Below are positions 21,001 to 29,396 of a DNA stretch of 64,000 nt, piece after piece (the stretch's first letter is position 1; every line of letters starts with the position of its first letter). The notes under the pieces are model-generated. The model had not been told where the DNA came from. It saw only the letters and a program-made list of their open reading frames with translations, and did not search any database. The DNA lies in IMG/VR virus record IMGVR_UViG_3300032268_000986, positions 186,001 to 250,000 of that record, one strand, 5' to 3'. Position numbers and translations under genes: made by a program.

Positions 21001-21496
21001 AGCCACTGGGTTTGGCGGCGCCAATGGTGCCAGCTATGGCGACTACATCGAGGCGGCCACTAACTTGGACACACCTGGACAGGAATCGCCATACTGGGAC
21101 AGGCGCAGGGGCAACGGCGGCACTGGTGGTTCTGCTATTGTATTAGCTAGGTCTCTTGCTCAGCCCGGTGGCGCTGGCTATGCTGTAGTGGTTTTCAAGC
21201 AGTCTGGCGTACGGGTCAAGGATGAAGATGAATGGAAATCGCCCAGAGTCATATGGATCAAACAAAACAATGTTTGGACTCAGGTGGACACAGTCTGGGT
21301 CAAGGACAGCACTGGTGAGTGGAGCAAGGTTCTAGGCAGCAATTCAAGCGCACCAGATTTTGAACCCTTGTACAATCAAATGGGCTGGACTTACTATCCT
21401 TATCCCCTGGGCGATGCGCCTGCGCCACCGCCGCCACCACCTGATCCCCCAGTGGGCTATGTTGCCGACACTGGTACAAGTTGGGCAATGTTTTAA
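18044..21496 (+). CDS. glycine-rich tail fibre tip/adhesin with PA14-like and duplicated domains
   Basis: ATG at 18044 right after the fibre stop; poly-Gly tracts, WGGGGGGG, C-terminal WIKQNNVWTQVDTVWVK. Confidence 0.75.
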   Translation: MTAPSIIRPVGFSGSVEQLVVNSSVAGEVTAYLWGGGGGGGGGPSSGNSLLGRTIQGSTATDPFHGVFAPGKSGYYQSVVLVYNDVGNLIDRNNIGYCVVVNDVVVYLNQTGPGQPDALRPPDDLAIRREYVGYSYYNGTPGPYATVDVVECYNFTYTAVEPGAGGNGQAGSYSRITFNVEPGDIIDVAVGQGGGAGKIRTAPTNGDSGGPYYQGSLATNPFAGGVIAPGTSGYYVFGFGRAYEVVQGFGDLRVSFQPYQWCVVVDGVIVYGPSTAAPPESFAKPTAFVGNSYYVESGNQYYGEYDAVQCYTFQYTAAGPGGNISAGGQPGLGYSPKEIFSSRNPGPGNPVIPVKNVAYNEFMNAYGVWDPDTGLPNFTRTYEVYFPSSSKYVFAMGCDTYGRVYLDDVLFMEGQGYANTGHPVEYVLYVEQGFHTVKMQGQGASLLPIWTTRSGGQANPAGAPVYVGYYWGPVPQNPAYGFMNEYGIWSVPASFMPNGQGTELVPIWNSVSFPISGYYTIQAAIFGTGYRQDTAGTPGQVAIDGTPVWNLPATWGELLTQTVYITAGTHSIGVFATSAYPSSGDEQGIISTMAVSIQLNAGVPGANSMGLAIALPGSLNAYSGGVGGNSGQQGISGSGGGGGGATTLFKNGVPIAVAGGGGGGGGAGRLNRILQCDAPGLGGFNTAYDGVPTGTAGQTYLGEGGGGGGGGGGSTGPGGGGGGTALVFDILTIGGGGGGGGGSSRAFLWSGAGGGAGDIRYASVSVSPGDSLGIDVAAGGAAGSARDGPFSSGTPGTAGGTSQFRVNGAVVSTAPGGGGGQQAQPSPPTPGAGGSGGTGTQVLTPTAGTNNDTPEFFCTGGTGGKGYLAPTDASGPYSYGNTGAGGIGQTETSGQTGTVYGGGGGGGGNNASRDQAGYNPAPGGSGAVVISYTSPDGVPVLSGGAITIVGLRVTHVYSVPGTRTVYSGSGSGVVGGGLGGGTRGTGATGFGGANGASYGDYIEAATNLDTPGQESPYWDRRRGNGGTGGSAIVLARSLAQPGGAGYAVVVFKQSGVRVKDEDEWKSPRVIWIKQNNVWTQVDTVWVKDSTGEWSKVLGSNSSAPDFEPLYNQMGWTYYPYPLGDAPAPPPPPPDPPVGYVADTGTSWAMF

Positions 21497-22045
21497 TTAC
21501 AAGCGTTCATTGCAGACATCCCAGTCAATGATCCGCCAGATATTGTCTAGGTATGCTTCTTTGTCCCACTGATAGTCAGTGGCCCACACATGTTCCCACC
21601 AGTCCACCAGTACGCATATATCTGTGCGTACTGCGTGGTTGGCAATGGTCTTGATGTCACCTGAAGTGCTCAAGTAAACCCAACCCGAACCCTGAATCTT
21701 CATGGCAGTTTCTTTAAACTGCTCTCGGAAATCTTCGTAAGTCTTGAACTTTTCTTCAATCAAGGCCAGTACTGCACCACGGGGTCGATTGGCACCTTTG
21801 GGGGGTCGAAGCTGGGGGAAAAACTTATTATGTAGAAAACTACCAGCACGATTAAAATCCGCATTGCCTTCTCCTGCATTGTAGCGTTTGGCATAACCTT
21901 TGGCCAAATGCCCGTAGTGATAGTTGATACTGTCTGCACTCAGTACAGGTGCCAGTTCTTTTTCGCCATAGGGCAATGGGGTGGTTTCCAGCTTGGCTGG
22001 TCTGGTGCTGGCTTCCACCAGGTCAATGTGTTCTCTAATTTGCAT
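21497..22045 (-). CDS. Fe/Mn superoxide dismutase
   Basis: LPYG..LAP, YHYGH, FLHNKFF, GSGWVYL, DWWEH: four metal-ligand positions present; start 22045 or 22051. Confidence 0.88.
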   Translation of the reverse strand: MQIREHIDLVEASTRPAKLETTPLPYGEKELAPVLSADSINYHYGHLAKGYAKRYNAGEGNADFNRAGSFLHNKFFPQLRPPKGANRPRGAVLALIEEKFKTYEDFREQFKETAMKIQGSGWVYLSTSGDIKTIANHAVRTDICVLVDWWEHVWATDYQWDKEAYLDNIWRIIDWDVCNERL

Positions 22046-22053
22046 AGACATAT

Positions 22054-22272
22054 TTATTTTCTGCGGGTAACACGACCCTTGGTGAGATCGTAAGGTGAGA
22101 ATTCAAGTTCTACTCGATCGCCCAGCAACACCTTGATGTTGTTTTTTCTCATGCGTCCTGACAGGTGTGCCAGTACCATATTTTCCAAATTGTCCAATTT
22201 TACTCTAAACATAGTGTTGGGTAAAACTTCTTCAACTCGCCCCTCCATGTTGATAATGTCTTCTTTTGCCAT
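22054..22272 (-). CDS. infA: translation initiation factor IF-1
   Basis: [24 protein letters not shown]...[26 protein letters not shown]. Confidence 0.96.
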   Translation of the reverse strand: MAKEDIINMEGRVEEVLPNTMFRVKLDNLENMVLAHLSGRMRKNNIKVLLGDRVELEFSPYDLTKGRVTRRK

Positions 22273-22278
22273 AGGCTA

Positions 22279-22665
22279 TTACTTAGCAGTGAATCCAATC
22301 TCGGCTGTGATCTTTTGCAGTCGATCAAATCGGAAACTGCGCCATTCTTGCTTTTCTAGGTCAAACACTCGCAGGCTGTGTTCATCAGGTTGCTTGCGCT
22401 TCTTGGTTTCCAAGAGCTTTTCAACCGGCACATCTTGAGGCTGTTTGTCTGCAGGAATCTGTTCCCAATCCAATGTGCAATTCATGTCCCTAACAGCACC
22501 GTCGGCCTTGACAAAGGTCACTGTGATTGTGCCTTTTTGCAACAAACTGCGCACCCAGTCGCGCATGATGGCTTTGTTGGCGTCATCGGCTTCTTGGTAA
22601 TGTGTGCCAGGTGCTCCTTGGAGCAGGCGAAACATTTCCATTTTTTCCCACATGTCTGTAGTCAT
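22279..22665 (-). CDS. WYL-like/SH3-Sm fold protein (WYL_2 type)
   Basis: VTFVKADG.VRDMNCTL ... VFDLEKQEWRSFRFDRL. Confidence 0.75.
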   Translation of the reverse strand: MTTDMWEKMEMFRLLQGAPGTHYQEADDANKAIMRDWVRSLLQKGTITVTFVKADGAVRDMNCTLDWEQIPADKQPQDVPVEKLLETKKRKQPDEHSLRVFDLEKQEWRSFRFDRLQKITAEIGFTAK

Positions 22666-22724
22666 CTCAAATTCACCTCTATCGGTTAATAAACGTTTCT
22701 TTTTCATTCCCGTACACTGGCCAA

Positions 22725-23120
22725 TCAGCCTCGTCGCATGCGTGAAATTTCCACGGCTTCTTCGTCTGAGAACACCGGCACTGCATTTGACTTGTGCATG
22801 GTGGCAATGCCCTTGACCTTGGTACCGGTGTAGACCTTGGGTGCGGCCAGGGTGGCATTGCCCCCGGTGTCACGACTGGGAATGTGATGAGTACTGCGGC
22901 CCTCGGGTATGGCCAAACTGTAGTGGCCTTTCAAGGGCGGTGCTAACATAGCACGTTGATGTCGACGAGAGTCGGTATCAACTTCCCACTTTTTTTGCAG
23001 TTCTTTCCAGGATGCATCCAGCTCACGTGCCTTGCGAGCTTCTTCGGCGTTGCGGAACTTGGGCTTGCCTTTTTTCTTACCGTTGAGACTGAGGCTGGGG
23101 TGGTGTAGGTGCATGCTCAT
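22725..23120 (-). CDS. conserved basic phage protein
   Basis: YTGTKVKGIATMHKSNAVPVF motif, which I recognise from large myoviruses. Confidence 0.7.
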   Translation of the reverse strand: MSMHLHHPSLSLNGKKKGKPKFRNAEEARKARELDASWKELQKKWEVDTDSRRHQRAMLAPPLKGHYSLAIPEGRSTHHIPSRDTGGNATLAAPKVYTGTKVKGIATMHKSNAVPVFSDEEAVEISRMRRG

Positions 23121-23347
23121 TTGCGCAGTAACTCCATGGTGTATTCAGTGTCCCGCATGTGTGCCACGGGGTTCAACCAGCCACGGCCAATACATTCTGC
23201 TATGATTAGCTTGTATTCGCGTGGACATTCATTGCTGAGTTCAAAACTGGCCCGGGGCACTATGGTAAGGCCATCGGGCGAGAATTTGAAGTCAGCATCT
23301 TTGTGACGCAGTGTTTTGTGGGGTCGACCCGCTGTAATCTTAATCAT
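23117..23347 (-). CDS. hypothetical protein
   Basis: 76 aa behind a promoter. Confidence 0.65.
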   Translation of the reverse strand: MIKITAGRPHKTLRHKDADFKFSPDGLTIVPRASFELSNECPREYKLIIAECIGRGWLNPVAHMRDTEYTMELLRK

Positions 23348-23352
23348 GCTTT

Positions 23353-23381
23353 ATTGTAGCAGATCATGATTTATTGGTCAA
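23353..23381 (-). promoter_or_regulatory. sigma70-type early promoter
   Basis: TTGACC-17-TACAAT. Confidence 0.75.
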
Positions 23382-23385
23382 CCGC

Positions 23386-23694
23386 TTATCTGAACAAGAT
23401 CAAGGCCATGAGCACAGCCTGCACTATAAAACCCACACCAATTGTGACAATGTTCAGCACATCTCGGAGCACCACTGCTCGCAAGAACATCAGCACCAGG
23501 CCTGCCCAGGCAAACAGCACAATATCCAAGTTGGGTGTGCGGTCACTCAAGCCAGTCATCAGGGCCAACAAGGTGGGCACTGTGGCTGCATGTATCACAA
23601 TGGCTGCCAGCCAGCCCAGAGTTTCTGCTGAAATCTTGCTGAGATGTTCGGTAAAAAAGTTTCGAACTGCGGGTGCAAGGTCATTGATGTTCAT
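23386..23694 (-). CDS. 3-TM membrane protein (possible holin/lysis accessory)
   Basis: three hydrophobic segments; overlaps the lysin stop. Confidence 0.55.
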   Translation of the reverse strand: MNINDLAPAVRNFFTEHLSKISAETLGWLAAIVIHAATVPTLLALMTGLSDRTPNLDIVLFAWAGLVLMFLRAVVLRDVLNIVTIGVGFIVQAVLMALILFR

Positions 23695-24248
23695 AAGCGT
23701 TCTCCATAAAAAATGTGTCGTCCAATTTTTTCAATTCGGGGTTTGTTCCAGCCAGGGTTGACATAGTCAGCATGGTAGTAGATGGCATGTTTGAGACCGG
23801 GCAGTCTAAAGCCTTCCAGCAGGACCTTTTTGGCCACTGTTTCGCTTTCTTCCCACATGGGTGAGTTCACGGGTCGCACACGACTCTTGTTTTCGCAGTA
23901 CCAGCTGAACTGACATACCACACGTTCGTAGAACACGTTCTTTTGATAAACCACACCACAGACCGAGTTGGCAAAGCGACCGCTTTCCAGTCGGTTCAGT
24001 GTGACCTGTGCCACACCAACTTTGCCTTCAAATGGCTCACCGGCAGCTTCGTGATAGATGTTGCGAGTCAGACATTCCAGTTGTTGGGTGCGTTCGGCTG
24101 CTGTGACATAATTGTCTGGCATGCCAGTTTTTTGGTTACGCAGAGCATCAAGATGATTTTTGCATACCATGATTAGAACCACACTCACCAGCAATAAAGC
24201 CAGTGCTTGCATGATCCGTGAACTCCATTTGGCTAGTTCATTGGTCAT
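23691..24248 (-). CDS. SleB/Hydrolase_2 cell-wall hydrolase with N-terminal TM anchor
   Basis: CLTRNIYHEAAGE, VAQVTLNR, VCGVVYQ, CQFSW, YYHADYVNPGW, IGRHIFY. Confidence 0.92.
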   Translation of the reverse strand: MTNELAKWSSRIMQALALLLVSVVLIMVCKNHLDALRNQKTGMPDNYVTAAERTQQLECLTRNIYHEAAGEPFEGKVGVAQVTLNRLESGRFANSVCGVVYQKNVFYERVVCQFSWYCENKSRVRPVNSPMWEESETVAKKVLLEGFRLPGLKHAIYYHADYVNPGWNKPRIEKIGRHIFYGERL

Positions 24249-24368
24249 ATTTTCTCCTTTGTTTTGAGTGGTAGTTTTACTTAACCATCGGCTAATCAAA
24301 CCACCCCAAAAGTGGGCCAAAAAGGCAAGTTTTTGCCATTATATAGGGAGATAACTCCCTATACTACA

Positions 24369-24397
24369 ATTATACTACAAACAAGATTATTTGTCAA
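24369..24397 (-). promoter_or_regulatory. sigma70 consensus promoter upstream of the lysin
   Basis: TTGACA-17-TATAAT. Confidence 0.8.
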
Positions 24398-25205
24398 ACT
24401 TGCACACCGGAATTGGGGTCATCTTGTGCATGTTTCTAGCACGAAGTTCTTGATAGCGTTGAAGCTTTTTTCTATCATCTGCTGACAGTTTGGCACTGCC
24501 CGGCATCGCCGAATCCACGGCCTGGGCCCGTTTTAAAAAGTCCAAGGCCATCATGCGCTCTAGATCTGGATAGCTCATGCCCAGTTGATCTTCATCATTG
24601 CGGCCATCGGGCCACAGGCCATCGGTGGGTGCAGCGTCAATGATTTCTTGCTCAAGACCCAGCTCGCGTCCCATGTCCCAGACTTGAGTTTTGAGACAGT
24701 CACCAATGGGCGAAATATCCACCCCACCGTCACCATATTTGGTAAAGAAGCCCACGCCAAAGTCTTCTACTCGATTGCCGGTGCCCACCACAATTGCCCC
24801 ATGGCATTGTGCAATTTGGTACAGGGTCATCATTCTCAGTCTAGCACGTGAGTTGGCAAAAGCCAGCTCAACTTGTGATGCATTTTCTGCATCACAAAAC
24901 GGCGCAGTTTTCTTTTCAAATGCCAAAAACACCGGAGTCAAGTCCATGCTCATGTGTGTGACAGTATCTGGGTAACGTTCCAGCAACCAAGTGGCCTGCA
25001 TGCTACTGCGGCGGTCCAGTTTTCGATGCTGACGTATGGGCATCTGCACCACAATGGTTTTCAAGCCAGTTTGGGCGCACAAAGCACTCACAACTGATGA
25101 GTCAATTCCGCCTGAAATTCCCACCACAAAAGTATCAATTTTGGCACTCCGGGCATACTGCTTTAACCACCGCACAATGTGGTTGATACGTTGTCGAGGT
25201 GTCAT
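24387..25205 (-). CDS. nadE: NH3-dependent NAD+ synthetase
   Basis: VVGISGGIDS, NSRARLRM, GTGN..E...GFFTKYGDG, PTDGLW, DEDQLG. Confidence 0.95.
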   Translation of the reverse strand: MTPRQRINHIVRWLKQYARSAKIDTFVVGISGGIDSSVVSALCAQTGLKTIVVQMPIRQHRKLDRRSSMQATWLLERYPDTVTHMSMDLTPVFLAFEKKTAPFCDAENASQVELAFANSRARLRMMTLYQIAQCHGAIVVGTGNRVEDFGVGFFTKYGDGGVDISPIGDCLKTQVWDMGRELGLEQEIIDAAPTDGLWPDGRNDEDQLGMSYPDLERMMALDFLKRAQAVDSAMPGSAKLSADDRKKLQRYQELRARNMHKMTPIPVCKFDK

Positions 25206-25735
25206 AGCTTTGGTGGGGGCATTTGTTTGAGTTTTTTCCATACATCTGCTTTCTCTTTGCATTTCTTTTCCAGTTTACGATAACGCTCGCCCAGTCGGCG
25301 CAGATCATCCCAGTCTTTTTCCAGTTCCACATTGGGTTGCATCCAGTTCAACCTCTCTTCCATGGCTGCCATCCATTTGACCAAGCTCTTGCCATTGATG
25401 TCAAGATCAGCGTTGTCGCCTTGCAGGCTCATCTTGCCACCTTGCTCAACATGAGCCGATGACGACCCCCAGGTGATATTGCCATTGACAAACGGGTTGG
25501 TGGTGGAAGTGGTCCAAACTGTGTTTGGCATGGTGTTGGAAAATGTGTAATTGCCAGTGGCCCCAGTGGCACCACCAATGGTATATCCCCCATTGGACAC
25601 AGTTGACATATCCCCGTAATTGACATCTGAATATTGCAAAGATGACAAGTCAATTGTGTCAGCCGCTGATGTAAGTGTTATTGTGTCTGTGTCCCAGGCG
25701 CTGTAAATGTCGCCTGAATTTTTGTTAGGGTCCAA
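25202..25735 (-). CDS. hypothetical protein (Thr/Gly-rich N-terminus, coiled-coil C-terminus)
   Basis: 177 aa ORF in an operon. Confidence 0.65.
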   Translation of the reverse strand: MDPNKNSGDIYSAWDTDTITLTSAADTIDLSSLQYSDVNYGDMSTVSNGGYTIGGATGATGNYTFSNTMPNTVWTTSTTNPFVNGNITWGSSSAHVEQGGKMSLQGDNADLDINGKSLVKWMAAMEERLNWMQPNVELEKDWDDLRRLGERYRKLEKKCKEKADVWKKLKQMPPPKL

Positions 25736-25875
25736 GATCCGTCTCCGTTGTCTTTCCAGTCAATTGTGTCGCCGACGTTCCAACCCAGCTGTTCACACAA
25801 TTCATTTCCCAGATCCAACGCTAAATCTCCATCGTCAGTTTCAACAATGCTGAGTGTCTTTGTCAAGTGTTCCAT
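25678..25875 (-). CDS. AbrB/MazE-like small DNA-binding protein
   Basis: DGDLALDL..ELCEQLGWNVGDTIDW. Confidence 0.6.
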   Translation of the reverse strand: MEHLTKTLSIVETDDGDLALDLGNELCEQLGWNVGDTIDWKDNGDGSWTLTKIQATFTAPGTQTQ

Positions 25876-26038
25876 TTGCTATATTGGGTATATCGAACTC
25901 CACTACCTTGCCATGCAGTCGTTGCTGATACAGCCGGGCTCGGTGCATCTTTTGCCGCAAGAGTTCGGCCCGTTGCTCTGGTGTGAGTGTAATGGGCCAG
26001 TCTGTTTCCGGAAAAAGATCATTTAAATCTAGATTCAT
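25841..26038 (-). CDS. hypothetical protein
   Basis: 65 aa, coupled to neighbours. Confidence 0.5.
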   Translation of the reverse strand: MNLDLNDLFPETDWPITLTPEQRAELLRQKMHRARLYQQRLHGKVVEFDIPNIANGTLDKDTQHC

Positions 26039-26223
26039 TTAGCCACAGTCAACGCTTCTTTTTCAGCGGTGATTTCTTTACGGCGTTCCTTGATGGCCTT
26101 GGTCATGTCTTGCAGGGCTTTGCGAGCTCGTGCAGCCGCGGCCTTGACGCCCTTGGCCGTGAACTTTTCGTTTTCGGCAATGTATGTCTCGTAAGCAGAG
26201 ACGATGGTTTCGTGTTGTGTCAT
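26035..26223 (-). CDS. Hc1-like histone-like protein
   Basis: KGVKAAAARARKAL....K..K..RKE motif. Confidence 0.75.
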   Translation of the reverse strand: MTQHETIVSAYETYIAENEKFTAKGVKAAAARARKALQDMTKAIKERRKEITAEKEALTVAK

Positions 26224-26444
26224 TATGAATTCTCCTTGTATATAATGATCTCATAACCTTGGGCTACCAATGCAGGTATGCTAACAAGGTCTTGACTGGC
26301 TAGAACAATAAATCGTTGTCCATGCAGCCAATCAGTCAAGCACTGGTCTTGATGTAGAACAGGATCGTCAGTCGAGGATCCAGCTGCCAACAAGGCCTGT
26401 GTCCAAGCATAAAGTCTAACTTCGGGAATGTCAGCAGTGTTCAT
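26223..26444 (-). CDS. hypothetical protein
   Basis: start trimmed to MNTADIPE, 6 nt downstream of a -10 box. Confidence 0.55.
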   Translation of the reverse strand: MNTADIPEVRLYAWTQALLAAGSSTDDPVLHQDQCLTDWLHGQRFIVLASQDLVSIPALVAQGYEIIIYKENS

Positions 26445-26450
26445 ACAGTA

Positions 26451-26479
26451 ATTATACTGTACTGCGCCTGCAATGTCAA
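26451..26479 (-). promoter_or_regulatory. sigma70 consensus promoter
   Basis: TTGACA-17-TATAAT. Confidence 0.8.
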
Positions 26480-26497
26480 ATCCTGGCACTCCAGAAT

Positions 26498-26743
26498 CTA
26501 GTCAAAATAGATGTGTCTGCGGTGCCATGTGTCCCAAACAGCAATGTCGTCAAATCCGTGTGCCCAGGTCACACGAAAACATTCAAACGCAGGCTGGGCA
26601 TGCAACATCATTCTGTTGCCATTGACCACGGCGTGTTCAATTCGATTTTGTTTGATCCAGGCTCGGAAGTTTTGCTCAGCAGGGCCATGGCGCATGATTA
26701 TCACGTACAGTGGTTCCACTGCGCGAAATGTAGTTAAGCTCAT
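26498..26743 (-). CDS. hypothetical protein
   Basis: 81 aa, TAAATA upstream. Confidence 0.6.
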   Translation of the reverse strand: MSLTTFRAVEPLYVIIMRHGPAEQNFRAWIKQNRIEHAVVNGNRMMLHAQPAFECFRVTWAHGFDDIAVWDTWHRRHIYFD

Positions 26744-26792
26744 GAGTTGGTGGGGGTTGTTTTATTTACCGAACATCCCAAAACGGCCATGG

Positions 26793-26814
26793 AAAAGCGG
26801 CCCGGGGGCCGCTT
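26793..26814 (-). terminator. rho-independent terminator
   Basis: AAGCGGCCC/GGGCCGCTT stem followed by Ts on the - strand. Confidence 0.65.
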
Positions 26815-26831
26815 GCGCCACACTCACAATG

Positions 26832-27191
26832 TTATTGGGCAACAGCAGCCAACACTTGTTCGGCAGTGACTGCCTTGGTGGCCTTCTTGGCCGGAGCCTT
26901 GACAGCCTTGACCTTGACTTCGCCTTTCTTGGCAACCTTGGCTTTTTCTGCCAACTTGTTGCTGACAGCAAAGCCTGCGTCACCTTCGGTGATGCCTTGC
27001 TCAGTGAGATACTGAAGAGCTTGCAGTTTGGTCATGGACTGGGGCAGTTCCACCAAGTTGATGTCAGTGCAACCTGCCTTGTTGAGGATCTTGATGCGAG
27101 CCACCAAGTCGTTTGCAAAACGGACCTTGACGGTGCCATCGGGGTTTTTAGCGGTACCAGCTACGGAAAAGAGTTTGTCAGTTGCGTTCAT
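26832..27191 (-). CDS. conserved phage protein with Lys/Ala-rich tail
   Basis: FSVAG...VKVRFAND...IK.L.K.G.TDINLVELP..MTK; KAPAKKATK tail. Confidence 0.7.
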   Translation of the reverse strand: MNATDKLFSVAGTAKNPDGTVKVRFANDLVARIKILNKAGCTDINLVELPQSMTKLQALQYLTEQGITEGDAGFAVSNKLAEKAKVAKKGEVKVKAVKAPAKKATKAVTAEQVLAAVAQ

Positions 27192-27256
27192 ATAAAATGC
27201 CTTTTTTAAGTTGCCTTACAAGTTACAAAAAATGCTGTGTTTCTCAGCATGTCCTT

Positions 27257-27285
27257 ATTGTAGCAGATCATGTCATTATGGTCAA
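27257..27285 (-). promoter_or_regulatory. sigma70-type early promoter
   Basis: TTGACC-17-TACAAT. Confidence 0.75.
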
Positions 27286-27312
27286 CCACAATCTAGACTC
27301 AGTTTGCCCAAA

Positions 27313-27441
27313 TTACTGGGCCAATTCTTTGCTTTGGTGTTTGATGGTCTCAATACCGTTGTCCAGGATTCGGGCAATGCCCCCAAAACCCACAGTGGCC
27401 ACCACCAAGCCTGCTACAAATCCAATGATCAAATTGCGCAT
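27313..27441 (-). CDS. small membrane protein (42 aa, absent from the ORF track)
   Basis: MRNLIIGFVAGLVVATVGFGGIARILDNGIETIKHQSKELAQ; TGATG overlap with the upstream gene. Confidence 0.65.
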   Translation of the reverse strand: MRNLIIGFVAGLVVATVGFGGIARILDNGIETIKHQSKELAQ

Positions 27442-28208
27442 CACAGCACCTTTACATAGTTGAGTTGAGTAACCCCATCTCGGTGTGCCTTGACAGCACC
27501 CTTGATGGTAAGAGTTGCACCGGGTTCAAACCTTGCCCGGTTGCTGAACATCACAGGTTGATCCGCCTGGGTCACACCACGAATCCACCAAATGTTGTAT
27601 TGTTGACTGTAGGTGGCACTGACCACTTCCACAGTGGTTGTGATCTTGTCGCCAGGTTGGCCAATCAAGCCACCACGAGCAACACGCAGGCGTTGTTGCT
27701 GTTCTTGACGTGCCACTGCACGTTGATGGCTTTGTGGCAGGCATGCTATCACTGCCAGTTCATAACGATTGCGCACAGTGTCAAACACATCGGTCACAGC
27801 CAAGACCTTGCTCACACTTTGATCAAAGTCATTGAGTCGACCCTTGAGAGCTCGGAATGTAAGATCGTTCTGCAAAAACTTGCGAGCATCTTCGCCGGCC
27901 ACTACATCTTGTGGCAACAGCTGATCAGGGTTGTGCAAAAACTCTACCATGATGTCGCGATTACGGCGTGTGGTACTGAGCACTTCACCTTTGTCACCGT
28001 ATTCATTGCGACCTTCTTTGACATACTCGCCGTTCACACGTTGGGCGGCACTGGCCGCGGCCCACACAATGTTAACTGGGAATTGTTTTGACACCGGCTG
28101 AGCCGCACGGCGTTGGCGAGGTTGATACTCATCATGGTCATCTGCTTGACCCAGACGCTTGATTTCAAGATCACTCATGTGTGTTACATCTACAAATCCA
28201 GGCATCAT
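27441..28208 (-). CDS. hypothetical protein with C-terminal OB-fold-like domain
   Basis: IGQPGDK ... IKGAVKAHRDGVTQLNYVK; GGAG RBS before MMPGF. Confidence 0.65.
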   Translation of the reverse strand: MMPGFVDVTHMSDLEIKRLGQADDHDEYQPRQRRAAQPVSKQFPVNIVWAAASAAQRVNGEYVKEGRNEYGDKGEVLSTTRRNRDIMVEFLHNPDQLLPQDVVAGEDARKFLQNDLTFRALKGRLNDFDQSVSKVLAVTDVFDTVRNRYELAVIACLPQSHQRAVARQEQQQRLRVARGGLIGQPGDKITTTVEVVSATYSQQYNIWWIRGVTQADQPVMFSNRARFEPGATLTIKGAVKAHRDGVTQLNYVKVL

Positions 28209-28215
28209 GTTCTCC

Positions 28216-28470
28216 TTAAACCCAAAAAGATTCGTTGCGTTTGTTGGCACCAATTCGGCTGTACACAATCTCACGAACCATGGTGTCAGTGGCTTCGCCA
28301 AACATTTTTTCTTCGCTGAGCACCATCAGGGCTCGATAAGTCTGTTTCCAAGTCAGGTTGTTTTCACAGGCAGCCACCACAATGGCATGCACTGCGGCAT
28401 TGCCAAGTTCGGTAAACATGCCATAATCTTGCACAGTACCAGTTAGATTGTATTCAATTTCAATGCTCAT
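28216..28470 (-). CDS. hypothetical early protein
   Basis: AAGGAG RBS, own promoter; EATDTMVRE motif. Confidence 0.7.
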   Translation of the reverse strand: MSIEIEYNLTGTVQDYGMFTELGNAAVHAIVVAACENNLTWKQTYRALMVLSEEKMFGEATDTMVREIVYSRIGANKRNESFWV

Positions 28471-28500
28471 TCCTGACTCCTTGTTGCTCACTATACCCAT

Positions 28501-28529
28501 ATTATAACAAATTGGCCTTTATTGGTCAA
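28501..28529 (-). promoter_or_regulatory. repeated early promoter
   Basis: TTGACC-17-TATAAT; the -35 box contains the upstream stop codon. Confidence 0.8.
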
Positions 28530-28792
28530 CCAAATTCATACATGTGCTGAGCCATGCTGGGATCCAATTTCACCAGGGCTGTTGCAGCCGCTGTGAGTTC
28601 GCGGTAGCGTCGGTTAGTTTCTGTGCGGCTCAGTTCACCATCACAGGAAAGATTTTCTGGGCTAAGAGCACAGTCAATCATTTTGGCCACACGCAGGCGG
28701 CCTGCCGCGGTTGCAACCTCGTAAGGTGTGTGCTTGCCAAAACAGGCGTTCCACTTGTTTTGACGATCAATATAGGCTTGCAGTGCTTTCAT
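28526..28792 (-). CDS. hypothetical early protein
   Basis: LSPENLSCDGE motif; AAGGAG RBS. Confidence 0.75.
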   Translation of the reverse strand: MKALQAYIDRQNKWNACFGKHTPYEVATAAGRLRVAKMIDCALSPENLSCDGELSRTETNRRYRELTAAATALVKLDPSMAQHMYEFG

Positions 28793-28821
28793 CTTGGCTC
28801 CTTTTGCGTTAACATGTTCAA

Positions 28822-28850
28822 ATTATAGCAGATTGGGAATTATTGGTCAA
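28822..28850 (-). promoter_or_regulatory. repeated early promoter
   Basis: TTGACC-17-TATAAT. Confidence 0.8.
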
Positions 28851-29032
28851 CCAAAATAGTTGTCAACTGCACCTTCAATACCTTCTTCAAAGGTGTCGCT
28901 GTAAAATCCCTCAATGTCCTGCTCAAAGAACTTGGCCAGCTCTTCTTTGGAAGGAGCCTTGCCAGTGAGTTCTTTGGCATACTCTTTGACTGACTTGATA
29001 GCATGTTTTGGAACAGTGATCGTGATCTTCAT
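28847..29032 (-). CDS. hypothetical early protein
   Basis: 61 aa, AAGGAG RBS. Confidence 0.7.
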   Translation of the reverse strand: MKITITVPKHAIKSVKEYAKELTGKAPSKEELAKFFEQDIEGFYSDTFEEGIEGAVDNYFG

Positions 29033-29062
29033 TTAGCACTCCTTTTGTTACAATATGTCCAT

Positions 29063-29091
29063 ATTATAGCATTTGGGCAATTATTGGTCAA
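29063..29091 (-). promoter_or_regulatory. repeated early promoter
   Basis: TTGACC-17-TATAAT. Confidence 0.8.
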
Positions 29092-29096
29092 CCATG

Positions 29097-29125
29097 AAAA
29101 AAGCCCTAGTACCAGTAGGGCTTTT
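29097..29125 (-). terminator. rho-independent terminator
   Basis: AAAAGCCCTA/TAGGGCTTTT inverted repeat. Confidence 0.75.
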
Positions 29126-29139
29126 GTAGTACTTGAGTA

Positions 29140-29394
29140 TTAGTTGTTTTTTCGCAACACTTTTTCACTTTTTATGCGCCGTTGTTTTTTTGCAAACTCT
29201 TGTTCAATATAGTACTTGACCAGAGTTCGTTGCATCATGGTTATTAAATCGCCGTGATCTTCGGGCACCACAAATCGCACAGGGCATCGACCCCAGGTAT
29301 TGGATTTCACAAACTCATGATACCATTCGCGATGTTGTTTACTGGCAGGATTGAACACTGTCCAGGGACGACCACACAAAGCAAGTTGACTCAT
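29140..29394 (-). CDS. conserved phage protein
   Basis: RPWTVFNP..KQHR.WY.EF...TWG.CP.RF; start MSQLAL. Confidence 0.7.
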   Translation of the reverse strand: MSQLALCGRPWTVFNPASKQHREWYHEFVKSNTWGRCPVRFVVPEDHGDLITMMQRTLVKYYIEQEFAKKQRRIKSEKVLRKNN

Positions 29395-29396
29395 TA

